Positions 1 to 12,213 of a DNA stretch of 64,000 nucleotides are shown here, in pieces. Source of the stretch: Lepidodermella squamata (lineage: Eukaryota > Animalia > Gastrotricha); the NCBI GenBank assembly GCA_047495785.1, contig JBLDXI010000021.1, positions 1,922,001 through 1,986,000 of the forward strand, in the 5' to 3' direction. Both the position numbers and the translations under genes were made by a program. The first letter of the stretch is position 1; the number at the start of each line of letters is the position of its first letter. The notes beneath the pieces are model-generated. The model worked only from the letters and a program-made list of their open reading frames with translations, searched no databases and was not told where the DNA came from.

Positions 1-1345
1 TCATCCCAAATCAACGCCGCAACGCTGGAGGAAAGTCATTTTCACCTAAATGATAGTGTTAGCGAGAGACCTATTCTACCTGTTATAGCCAGTGGACATG
101 GTCGAAAGAGATCCGCTGAACAAAGATGCGAACCAGAGGCCAGTAAGTCCTGGAAAGTTAGGTGCTATTACCTCGGTAATGTAATACGTCGTGAGCTTGT
201 TGGTGTTATCGACCAGTTTTCCGCCGATCGGGTCGCAGCCAGCTAGCGAGTAATGAGCAATCATTGCTATTGCCAGCAGGAACAAAACTACGACCAGAAA
301 TAAAATCTGTGGGAAAATGGTCAAAACCGACCAAACGGCCAGTTTCGAAGTAGGCAATCCAGAATATCGCTGGACGGATCCTTGCGAAGTACCGTATAAG
401 CCCATATTTGATAGTACTGTAGGGATCAGCAGAGCATAAAACGAGTAAGAATATCTTGGGTCAATATTCCAGTTGAAGAAGTTCAGCCGGCCTTTTTCTG
501 ATGCAATGGAAAGAGCAGTCGACAATCCTCCGTCAATTTTCGCATACCCAATTATAATCGCAAATATCACACCACAAAACATAGTAACAGCCTATCGAGG
601 TATGGCACAAGGAAGCTTTGCCAATTACCACATTTGATCGCAAAAATTAACCTGAATCATATCCACTAAAACAATAGCTTTCATGCCGCCCAGCACGCTG
701 TAAAACATGGTAATTGTGCTGACAGATATCACCGAAGACCACATGGGTATCGGCGAGACAGCTTCCAGAGCAACGCAAGGCATCATGGTTACGGCCGCCA
801 GATAGAAAATGGTGCAAATTATCCCATTGATAGTTCCGATTTTACGCAGAAGTTTGGATCCATAGCGAACCTCGATGTAAGCATATGTGCTGAGCAGCCC
901 CAGTCGATAAATTATGGGCACTATGGTGAGAGCAGCAGCAATGGCTCCCAGGCCTATACCCACACTGCAATTGAAATTTTGAAATCTATCACTTGAAAAA
1001 AGCAGAAGAATCACCAATATAGAAAAAACTCTGCCCCATATTCATAAAATTCCGCGGGCATTCCAACCAAAGCAACTGCAGAAATAAAACTCGCAAACAG
1101 CGACGCTGAACAGTTTTCAAGTTAACAGAATAGTTTTTGCATTCACTCTATAAACTACCTGTGGTAGGCCAGAAGTGTAGGTGACGACCTCCAAGAAAGT
1201 ATTTTTCAGCTGTGTCCTCTTGAACGACGGCTTTTTTCCGCCCATCCTGAAAGTAGTAGTAACCCCCTACTACTGCTGTCGATGCCAAAGCTACGCCGAA
1301 AACCACGTAGTCAGCTACATGCAGCAGGTTATTCATTGTATTCAA
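1..1345 (-). CDS. Sodium:solute symporter, SLC5 family (SLC5A6/A8/A12-like); multi-exon, runs off the left edge
   Basis: ORF pieces ADYVVFGVAL...EKYFLGGRHLHFWP, TYAYIEVRYG, YSVLGGMKAIVLVDMIQ, GTSQGSVQRY and FPGLTGLWFASLFSGSLSTMSTGYN are SLC5 signatures; the pieces are separated by ~50-nt introns. Confidence 0.93.
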
Positions 1346-4022
1346 TCGCGCAAAAATAGTGAACTAGCTTGAATGTTCCATCTCTCTAATTAACACTGGG
1401 TTATCACGGCTCGCGCCATTACTAGCATTGGTAAGCTTTCAACCATGAGCGCAAAACTTTTTTATTCAGTTTACATCATAATTTGAGCAATTAGCTGTTA
1501 CAGAATTAATGAAACTTCTCTTACCTGCCTGGAGTATAAATGCCGCATGCATGTAATCCGTAGACGAGTATATCAGTTAGTGAGCTGTGTACCCGTGTTT
1601 CTCAATTAAGGCTTGCAGGTTCTTGGCTGCAACTGAGTTATTTCTGATTTAAGGCCTTGCTGCTTCTGCTACCGCGGTCGATCTGTTAGGTGTATACTCT
1701 TGTAATCAGTGTAATTGTAATTGATTTCAAGTCATTCAATTTGTGCCAAATTTCCATTAATTGAGAAATTTTATCTCAACCTCAACTCGCGTGAAAATAT
1801 TCTCAGAATTAGCGCATCATTTCCTCGTATATCAGCGCGAACTTAAACTTATAGCGTGTTCCACACGTAAAAATCAGGAATGGCCCAATTCATCAATCCC
1901 ACAAGTTAAGTTTGTGATTCTTTCAGCTTAAATTCTTAAGCGACATTTGCAGTTTTCAGGCGGATTACCCCCGATCGGCGATGAATACCGTTTCAGAATC
2001 GTGAGCAACCGAATTAATACGTGATTTATGAAAAACTAGTATTTTAGGCATTAACCATTAAGCACTACATTTAAGAACCGAAATTGACTCTGATATTTCT
2101 GCCAGATTCAAGTGGACTGGACTTAGTACCTTGTTAACGAACGTTCATTCTGGATTTGAGCTCTTAAATAAAATAGATAAAAAGCAAATATTCTGCTTTT
2201 TGTTGTTTATGCTTAAGGCATTTGCGGCTATGTCTAAAGTCCTTATGGAAGAGGAACTGCGAATACCTGTTGCAGAAAAGAGTAACGAGGTACTCGGCCA
2301 TTGAGTATTGGCAACTCGCGACACTGGCGAAACATTACTCGCAAAAAACCGCAACTCCTTCGGAACCTTTTTGAAAAAACCGCGGTCATAAAAATTTAAT
2401 AAATTTCTAAAAACTGTTATAAATAAGTATTCGTTATAAAATTATAATTTTTATTGTATATCTGTCAAAATAAGCAAAAGTGAAATTTTTCTTTTTTTGT
2501 AACTTGCAGCATCAAACGTTTCCATCGTCGAACGTTTCGATGGCATCCGCTGACGTTCGGAGAAGCCTGCTGCAGAAGTCTTCAACGTTTTCTGCTAGCT
2601 GTCAAACTTTTGCTGTTTTGCCTCAAGCTCGAGGTTTTAAAAACTTTCTGCCACCCTGCGATTTTGCGGTTTCTCAATCCTCATTCCGTATTCCGTGGGT
2701 ATTCGTCTTCGTTAATGCGAGAGCTCTGATGTTTTTACCCTTACTCGCAGTTCGCCGCAAAGTCGCGATGTATTGTTATGCAGTGTCAGATATTGGAGTT
2801 ATGAACATTTTCCTGTGTTAGCAGTAGGTCGCCACAATCTCATGATCAATCATCGGGCGCTAACGCCTTGAAGGCAGCCCTGAGTTGTCAGTAAAGGAAA
2901 AAACACATGGCGAATCGCAAAAACCATTTCGGCTGGCTTTCTAACCCCTTAATTGACCAAATAATATTTTGACATCAACTGCACGACCTGACCGCTGATC
3001 GCTTTGTTAGAGGCGCCTCGCGCCACTATCCATTTTTCCTTTTTTCCACTAGATGCAAAGTTCAATTAGATTTTATCACGAGACATCGACGAATGCACCA
3101 TGATTTTAACTAGGCTCTGCGAAGACTTAAAAGCTACAACCTGAAATTACCTCGCAGACTTTCAGCGCGACGGAAAGTTGAGTGTTTTGACGTTTGAGGT
3201 TTGAAAATTGCTAATAACTGTGCCGAGAATCGTCCTGTTTTCGTAGCCACCTTAAGTGTGGTTTCAACTTGAACTTTCGATGGCATTAATTCTCTGGATT
3301 CCCCACAGATGGAGACCTTTGCAAGTGAAGTCCTTTGGTTCATGGAACTTAATTTGTTTTCTATTGTCTATCTGATTCATAGTTTTCCTTGGTTGTTGGT
3401 CCTAGGTGCATTATTCTGTCATCATTGGATCAATGTATGAATAGGTGTCCAACATTTCTTAGTGCACAGGGGACCTTGAGAGAGAGATTGGCTTCTCTTT
3501 TGCAATTCATCTTGTCTGTAGTTGCTACCGCCCGCTTTTAGCGCCTCGTTATCACTGAGATGATTTCGCCGATCAGATATCGATGCAGTACCTAGAATGT
3601 TGTTGAATACAACGTTCAAATAAAGAATGCTAACTGACATATCCTTCAGTGATAAATTTCTTAGATTTCTGATTTCAACAAAATTAGCCCACAAGTTACA
3701 CGTTTTAAACTATTTATTAATCAGGATTTTCCTCCTGATGCCAAACTTTAGCTTACTGGTGGGGTGTAGAATTATCAGCGATTAGGATAGATTGATCGAT
3801 GATTGCCAATTCTTCCAAAATACGTCCGTTTGAACCATTTTACATCCACTTTATGCGCATCCGTGCCAACCACTCGTCGGTTCCCCGTTTGACTTCATTC
3901 GGCGATTTCATGATCGTGTCTGCTTTCGTCGAAGAGTAGACATGACTCCGCAGTTACTAGTGAAATTAGCTAAAGATTTTCACCAGATGTTTTATGCTCA
4001 TTTGCTTATTCTTTCTTTATAG

Positions 4023-7000
4023 GATCTGTTACCAGATGATGTTATGTACTCCATATCGATGTGCCCAAGATCGAAAAAATATTCGCCGACAACTTTGCAA
4101 CTGGAGTACCAAGGCTCTTAGCCTTGTCGGATTAGAAGAAGTACTAGTTACAGCTTATGGCAAAAAAGCGAGAGAGAAAGTGCCATTTTCTGGTATGTTA
4201 CTGCTTAACCCAATTAGCAATTAGGATAAACCTTTATTTGACATTTAGAAATAAGCGGTATTTTGTCTAAAGCCGTCGACTCGATCGAGAATGATAGCAA
4301 CATATGTGGCGTGTGTGGAAAGCCGAAGAAGGTAATTAATTTTTTTCAAATGCTGGTGATTCATAACATCTCGAAATATTTGTTTAGGCGCCTCTCCGAA
4401 AATTAGGCTTTCCGAAACCCGTATACTCTTCTCCCAGTGATATTGTTGATTTGACTACTTCTGTGCCACCGGCTGGCGGTGGCGGTACGGCAGATCAACC
4501 GATTGACCTGAGCAAGGGCTCAAAGTTATATGCTAGTCCCGCAGCCCTGGCCGGCGATTATCAATCCTTTCAAGCTTCGTCTTCGCAGTTGCGAACATCC
4601 AACGGCGTTTCGACCCCGATCAAAGCCGCATCTGCGAAAAGACAGCGAGTCGCAGCAGGTCAGCTGCCAATACAGCTGGGGGACAATAATTTTGATCAAA
4701 GTCTCATTCAACAACTAGTCAACAACTTGTCAAAAGGTACGATAAGCGGGATGTCAATTATTTTTTTTAGTAATATGCCATTCTGTGCTTTAGTTAAACC
4801 TCAGCATCTTCAAAGTCATTCACCCACCGCTAGTCCAAACAATGCGAATGATTCCTTTACGTTTAATAATAACCACGACATCCCAGGACCATCAAATACT
4901 GCTGGAGTGCATTCCGGTCCCACAACCAGTAAACCGCACCATCACAACCGGACATCTGCGGCTGCTACTGCCGGTAGCTTGCAGCGGATAACAGGCCACG
5001 CAACCATCAACAGCAACAACCACACCGGTGCTCACTTTACCGGCGAACCGTCCGATATCTCCGGCAGCACCCTGTCGGAACAGGACGCCGTCAACCGGTT
5101 CAAGCAATGGCGCGTTGCTTCGTGGGTGCAAGAGGCGAGTAGGCACCACCGTGAAGGCTCGGCTCTCGCTCATCACGAAGACCCCATCGACGTCGACGCT
5201 GCTCGGTCCACACCGGCTGCGAGTAGTCGCCCGAACACCACGTCTCGGTCTTCACCTGCCCCACCTCCTCTCTCGAACGTCCTCCGAAATATGTCGGCGA
5301 GTGACAACAACGCGGCGAAAACCGCACTGCGGAAACGCACGAACCCGACCCAGCAAGCTGTGCAATCTCAACAACCGGCGAAACAACGGCACTCGAGTCC
5401 ACCGCCCTCGAAACAACCCCCAGTAGCGGTGGTTGAGCCCACCCCGACTAAAAAACCGCGGACCGACCAGTCCGCCCAGAATAACCAATCGGCTTCGAAT
5501 AACACCAGTCAAGCTTCGCTCAACAACTTGGCCTCCGTGCTATCGAGTCTTTTCCCTGCGGCGAACAACGGCGGTCAGTCGACCGGCGCTGCTTCTCTTC
5601 TTCCAGGCGGCGGTGCGGGGTCAGCCGATCTCGATGCGTTGTTGACTCTGGCCCTGCAGAACTGGGGTGGCAGTAGTAGTAATAACAACGGCAGTGGATC
5701 GGCGGGCGGGGCGCAGAATGACCCGACTGCGGCGTTGTTAACAGCTGCTTACCAACAGCAAATGCAGCAGGCGGCGCTTCTGCAGCTGCAATACGCGTCA
5801 ATATTCAGCAATCCTCTACTATACTCCAATCTACTGCTCGGCGGTTCTGGAAACGCTGCTTCTTCTTCGAATCAAAATGCGAGTAGTAGCAGCGCAAACA
5901 CCGCCAATAACACTGCAAGCACCCTAGCGGCATTGACAAGTGGTAAATTATTGCCTTTTCTTCAATTTTTTCGGGATTGAATCGAAACATGATAAGCAAA
6001 AAAATATTTCATTCGAGCGTTGTACGAATCTGATTCGTCCGATCAGATTTTCCCACGGCTGATGCTATCCTATTTGTTTATTTCATTCACAAAAATATCG
6101 AATAAGTCCTGCTTTATATTTCGGTATTTTTCGATTTCGAAAATCACTGAAGACGGCAGAAAGAAGCCCCTCATTTTCTATAAGTTTCAATAAGTTTAAT
6201 TTTTTCAAAAGTTGACGCTCCGCCCAGCCGGGTAATTTCGCAAATGTTCCAAAGAATAGGCTCGTAGATTAACCCATCGATATTCTGTTGAAAATAACTC
6301 ATTGAGAAAACACAAGTTACCACTAGAAGCTACCTGCCATCTATTTTGGTCTTTCCTTCCGGTCCTACCTAATATTTCGGGTGGCCTATTAATCTAGTTT
6401 TATAGTCATATTTTAGGCAGCCGAAATCAGGTTAAATTCAATTTGATTGCCAAATTCTGCGCCAAAAATCACGTCGAGAAGTATTGTTGACATTGTAAGT
6501 ATATTGATTTTTGATTTGTCTAGCTCTGGGAGGTGTATCGTCGTCCGCAGCGACAAATGCGAACATGGATGCGGTGTTAGCTGAGGCGCTGTTATCGATG
6601 CTGGGCAGCGGAAGTTCAACCGGGGCGGCGGCTGCTGCGAACACTTCCGGAGCCGCTGCTGCAGGGACAACTTCCCTGACTAACAAGCGGCCGGGCACCG
6701 AAGCTCAACATCATCAGCATTCTTCGCACCATCGCCAATCGAGCACCCCGCACCGATCATCGCAACAACAACAGTTGTCGAACAACAAAGCGTCGCCGGC
6801 GAGAACAGCTCAACAGAAACAGCCGCCGCCCGAAGCCACCAAACCCTCACCGCCCTCGCCCGAACCTGTGATCCTCAATCTCGGCAGTAAGAAAGCCGCC
6901 AGGTCAGACTCGAAATCGCCGAAATTGGCCGAAGATCTGAGCACGTCCCGGGCGGCTGATGACGACGTTGCACTGCCTACACCTGCAGTTCAAAATGGCT

Positions 7001-7248
7001 CGCACCACGACGAAGAGGAAGCGGACGACGGTCCCGTGTTGCCTGTGAAGGAATTGTCGCGGTCTTCTCTGGCGGCGAACGGGACCACAGATAACGACGA
7101 GGAGGTAGTGCAGCATAATGGCAAATCGACTGACAACAGTTCGGTGGAGGAGGACGAGGAGCACTCGACAAGTCCTGTGCCGGCTGGTTCTCGCAACAAT
7201 AACACCACCAAAGCGGCGGAAATTATTGATTTGCCCACGTCAGTCTAA
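4023..7248 (+). CDS. Uncharacterised low-complexity (S/A/Q/N-rich), probably nuclear protein; 5' end uncertain and may extend to ~3800
   Basis: Spliceable exons ~4023-4192, ~4249-4331, ~4388-5942 (probably with a small internal intron) and ~6524-7248; CxxC (CGVC) in an early exon; motifs DIVDLT, PIDLS, PIDVD, EIIDLP; NLS-like PTKKPR. Confidence 0.7.
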
Positions 7249-9216
7249 TTTCCATATTTGATGTATCACGTCGTCCCACGTGCCTCCTCTCTGCAGAAGC
7301 CGCGATACTATAATGTATTCACATATCCTTTTCAAAGGTTGTGCTTAGTGCCGTATGAATTTCATTGTCAAGTTGGTCCAATCACGATGGCCCATAATTG
7401 TTGTCTCGCCTGTCGCTACTTCTCGTGTCTGTCTACGTCCTAAATACTAGCGCAAAAATTATTAGTTTTTCACGGCGTAAAGAAAATTAAGAAGAAGATG
7501 AGAAATCGACAATGTCATGATATCATTGCAGAAAAATTAAAGTACAAAGTGATCTCGCCGCTCTATATTATGATACAAAAAATAAATATATATAAATCAC
7601 TTGAAATGTACATCATATATATTTCTTTGTTTGAATGAAAAAATTCTCTTTTATCGTATAAATCTAATTATGATATATGAGCCTTTAATTGCTGGTGTGT
7701 AATTGTTTTGGCGTTTTTTTTTGTTGAGACGAATTAGTCATTGTGGTTTTCTTTGATTGATGTTAGAACCGATAGCAGTACTACGCGAAAATCATCATCA
7801 AATCAAAATTATTTGATTGTGAATCTAAATTACTCGCAACTCAACCCTCGGTTATCTATCCTCTGTTGCTTTTTTACTGAATCGTCGTTATGCGTAATTT
7901 AAGGCGTTAGCTGCTGTGTAGTTTTCTACCATGAACTTGAAATAGCAACGTTTCAGCTAAAACTACTACAAGGCTTGATGGGTGATGCATTCTTCGAGTT
8001 TTCCTTTTCTTTGATGAACCTGCTCCATAAATTTATTTGATATACAATGTAAAGATAGCCTGGAGGATGTCTTGAATCGTCATCTTATTCACGTTGATAT
8101 ATGACGAAGATCTTGTATCAGATGGCTTCTATGACGTTCAACGTTCATTGGACGGATGGGAATTTCTCCAGTGTCGGTGTTTTTGTTGCTTATGATAATA
8201 TGTTTGGCTACTTGCTATTTCTTGTCTTATCCGGTAGCTATTGAAACACTCGTCATTTGTTTGTACTTAGATATGCCGATCATAACTGCATTATTGTTGT
8301 AAGGTTCTTGTATAGAGAAAAATCTGCGTTTTGCTACTGTATAATTTCTGTGTTCACTTGTTTATCAAGCAGTATCATCCGCTCTTATTAAATATATATA
8401 ATATTATCGAATATTTATATTAATATTCTATTATTGTTATTGCATTGTTAAAGTTCGATTCTTTCCGTGGCGTTCAATTCTCTGTGTCGTGCTTATCGTG
8501 CTTATATTCATGCTCGCGAATCTTCATCTCCTCATCTTCATAGTTGGATATTTATACGAATATATTTGTCTGTGTATTTTGATTTTTTCGCTCGCTCGCG
8601 CTCTTCTACTCGCTCCAATCTAGTACTATAACATCTTCAACACTGACTTCACTACTACTACTACGTAATGAAAATAACAATGGTAAGCATGATCGGGAGT
8701 TGTACCCACGTCGGAAATACTACCACCGCCAGCAACACTCGAGGGCGCGTCAATCGCGCACGGTGTTGCCGCTTTTGTTCAATCAATCGATGGCAAATTT
8801 GAAGTAAACTGTCGAAATTGTGCAGGAACCGCGGCTTTTTATTCGGGTGATTAGTATGATCAATTATAGGGAAATTCGATCGAAATGATGCCGCTGTCAT
8901 GCTGGCCTCGCAGGATTCGACCCGCATGTTTGTCGGCCTGGTGATGCCGAGCCCTTCAGGGAAAATCATTCATGAATACCTAACTATGAGAGACGAGGCT
9001 TTTAATTGGATAGATAACTGGATGGCTCAAATCCCTGCTCAACACGTTAATTGCAATTAGTTCGCATGTAGCGCGTTGAGAGTATTGCGACGCCCCCGTC
9101 TGAGGCGTTAGACACTCGTTCGGCCGTCATCGAACCTGTTTTTTATTTCACCAGCTCGATCAAACATTAGTTCGCTTTTCACGTAACGAGTTCGACGACT
9201 TCGATAATTTGAAAAA

Positions 9217-9525
9217 ATGCAATCTGCTAGCCTATTTCTAGTTACTGTCGCTTCTGTGATCGCCTGTGTAGCCCTGGCTGCTCCGGCCGCAGATCACCAC
9301 GTTGAGCGTCGTGATGCGTCTTATGCAGAAGCCGATTCCGAGTTGGATGACTCGCGCATCGACGAGGAAATTGCTCGCTTTATCAGGCGAAATCCGAAAG
9401 AGTGGCAACGAATCGTTTCGCTGTTCGCAGGCGCTGAGATGGGCGACGACAACCTTTACGAGAAACGCAACTACAAGAAAAACGATATGACAAAGGCCTG
9501 GATTCAACCGGTTTTCGGCAAATAA
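9217..9525 (+). CDS. Neuropeptide precursor; predicted amidated peptide NDMTKAWIQPVF-NH2
   Basis: Hydrophobic signal peptide, acidic propeptide, dibasic RR/KR/KK sites, C-terminal G-K amidation signal. Confidence 0.85.
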   Translation: MQSASLFLVTVASVIACVALAAPAADHHVERRDASYAEADSELDDSRIDEEIARFIRRNPKEWQRIVSLFAGAEMGDDNLYEKRNYKKNDMTKAWIQPVFGK

Positions 9526-10079
9526 ATGTTCGTGAGCATAGCGAGTTCCGTTATGGATCTACCAGTCTAAACAACGTTAGACTAATTACCTACATAGAAT
9601 AAATGGTCTTGTCAGCTTACAACTCATTTAAAGGCCGCATCATGTTTTAAAGTGGCTCGGCTCGAATTGTAACGCCGTTGTTCGAAAAGGAATAAAGTTT
9701 ATTTTAGTGTTTTGATTCAAGTGCGTGGGGCTTTTTAAACGGCATTGATTTTCGCACCGTGGTATTCTAGAAAAATTCAACGGGAGAGGGCAAAATTTCG
9801 ATGGTGTGATTCAGCAGCAGTATATTTTAATGCCTCCGCTAATAGGTAGGCCGCCACCGCATTTGTTTTCTTGCCGTCTCGGCGGTGATGACGTATTTTA
9901 TTTGCGATAAAATTGATTTGTAAAACAATCGGCGGGACCAAAGTAAACAATATTATCAAGCCTCTCAATATACAAGTGCCCGGATTTAATATGCGCGTCG
10001 GATCGCGCACCTTTTATGCGCCTTAAAAGAGCAGCAACGGCGATTTTTGATAGCTGAGAAATATATTCTAGCTGCTAGA

Positions 10080-10334
10080 ATGTTCAGAATTTTACTTTCC
10101 GTTCTGGTAGTCACGCTGCTATTCGGCGATGTAGCAGCTCAAGGCCGAGCGTTTCGAAAGCAAACCCGAATCTACAAAGCAAACGCTGAAGCTAACGCAC
10201 CGATAAAACCCGATGCGACTGTCATTTTCGCCGAGGTCCGTCCTGAAAACTGGGCGAGTATTGCGAAGCTCTTTGATTCACCGAGCGGCAAAAGAACTGT
10301 CGAGGGAGGCTGGCTAACTCCAGTATTTGGTTAA
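10080..10334 (+). CDS. Neuropeptide precursor, paralog of 9217-9525; predicted TVEGGWLTPVF-NH2
   Basis: ATG at 10080, signal peptide MFRILLSVLVVTLLFGDVAA, KR site followed by a peptide ending in F-G-stop. Confidence 0.82.
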   Translation: MFRILLSVLVVTLLFGDVAAQGRAFRKQTRIYKANAEANAPIKPDATVIFAEVRPENWASIAKLFDSPSGKRTVEGGWLTPVFG

Positions 10335-12213
10335 GATGGAATTTCGCTATCTTCTGGAACCTGGAACACACCAATTTTAAGCCTTCATTAACGTTTAACT
10401 TTGAAAATAACATGTCAGAACTATTTTCTTCCCAGATCAGGGAAGCCCGTTTTATTTCGTTGTTTTAATTGCTTAGTACAAAAATCAAGAAATTTGAATG
10501 CTAACTGTTATACACACAAGAAAAAGCTGAATTATCATCTGATGAAGGAATAAATTACGAAGATGAAACGAAGCACTAAAAATGCACAACTCGAGAGTGA
10601 AGCTGTTGTTAAATTACATAATTGAGCTTGAAAAAAATCCCGTGTTTGGTATTTACAGAAGACTGCTTTGATGATGCTTTGATACTTGATATTTACACGC
10701 CTTAGTTTTGTGTAGTATTTGTTGTAGCTCAAAACGCGGGTTGAATCTCCTGCTGCATTTTGGTGCAATAATGCCAGTCCGTTATCGATAGACTTGTTTT
10801 TTTCGCTAGCACCCATCATGTGTCGCCTGTCATCGTCGAAGCGCCAGCAGAGCTGCGAAGGGCGACATTGCGACGCAAAGATTGTGAGACAGCTGCGATG
10901 AGCCCGGCGCCGCGTTCAAGCTTCCGATGTTGCACGTTTCCTTCTCACAACAAGCCGTCTGAATGTAGCCGGCCGACCGAGGCGGGCAGATGTCCGAACA
11001 AAATCTATCGATGCGACGCAGGCCGATAAAATTGACAACAGCAGTCTATTGGAAGAAAAAAATCACGTCGATTATTATACTACAAATTGGCGCTATATGA
11101 ACCATTGTTTGTTAAACGGGCTAGTTATATTGAAGGAAATGCGCATAAAAAAAGGAAGGAAAACACTTTACGCAATCGCCTACTGCGCCATGCAATAATT
11201 CGCAGCCCATTATATTACAAGAAAGTGGTATAAACAAAAACAAAATGAAACAAAATGTCGATTGTTATTAAAGCGCACTTTTTAAGCGGAAGGAATGCCT
11301 AGGGGCGGTACGAATGAATCGCCAATCAAATCGCACGAATTTTTATCGCCGCGGCTTCCTATATATAGCCAGTGTACCGTTGTTGGTACACAATTATCCA
11401 TATAATATGCGGATTTGAGTCGCAGCGATCTTTAGCTTCCACCGCGCGCGCAGTTTTGAAATGTTGTGAAAATAAATATTCAAATCGCGACGGCGAAAAT
11501 GATGACGATTATTGCGATGATGATAGACAAACAAAGCTTTGTATCTATCAGCTTGCCGGTTAGCAAAAATCACAACGCGCTTTTTGTGGCTTTTTGTAAT
11601 AATATATTACGATTATATGAAGTTTACGCGCGTGCTCCGATCAAAATGTGGCTTGCGCGCTCTTTTTCGCTCTTTAAGCGGTTTTATTTTTCATAACTCG
11701 ATTTACAGCTGCCAAATCGATGCGATAGCCTGTTTTAGCGTAGTGAATGGCACGTTCCGCCGCGGCTACAAAAGCGCGTTGATTATCGTCGACGAGCCAA
11801 AAGACAAGCGTGCGCGCCATTAGATCTCGTCGCGCAATCAACAAACACGCACACAAATTTTGAAAAAAAATCTTTACAAATTATAGCTACACTCTTTTCG
11901 TGTGGAACTGCGTATACATCTACAAATATCAACAATGCATACACGAAATCTCTCGAAACAACAATGCAATGAATACTTGTATTTCTAGGCCTTTTATCAC
12001 ACTATCAATATACAACAAGTTGGCGCACTTTTGGCTCAGCCCATAAACACCCTGTCTCCTACTAATGCGCGTCAAATAGCGATGCGCATCGAAATTCACA
12101 CTTTATTATCGTTATTTGCATCAGCTATTGCTCGATAAATGGTGGCCAAGTAATATATTCCTCGTCGCTGAGAGATATAGAAACCGCCCAGGACGCTATA
12201 CTTGATTCGCGAA

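Noticed and set aside
2480-3720. Short ORFs on both strands between the SLC5 gene and the nuclear protein gene
   Set aside because: Could not assemble a consistent spliced model or recognise a domain; a gene here is not excluded
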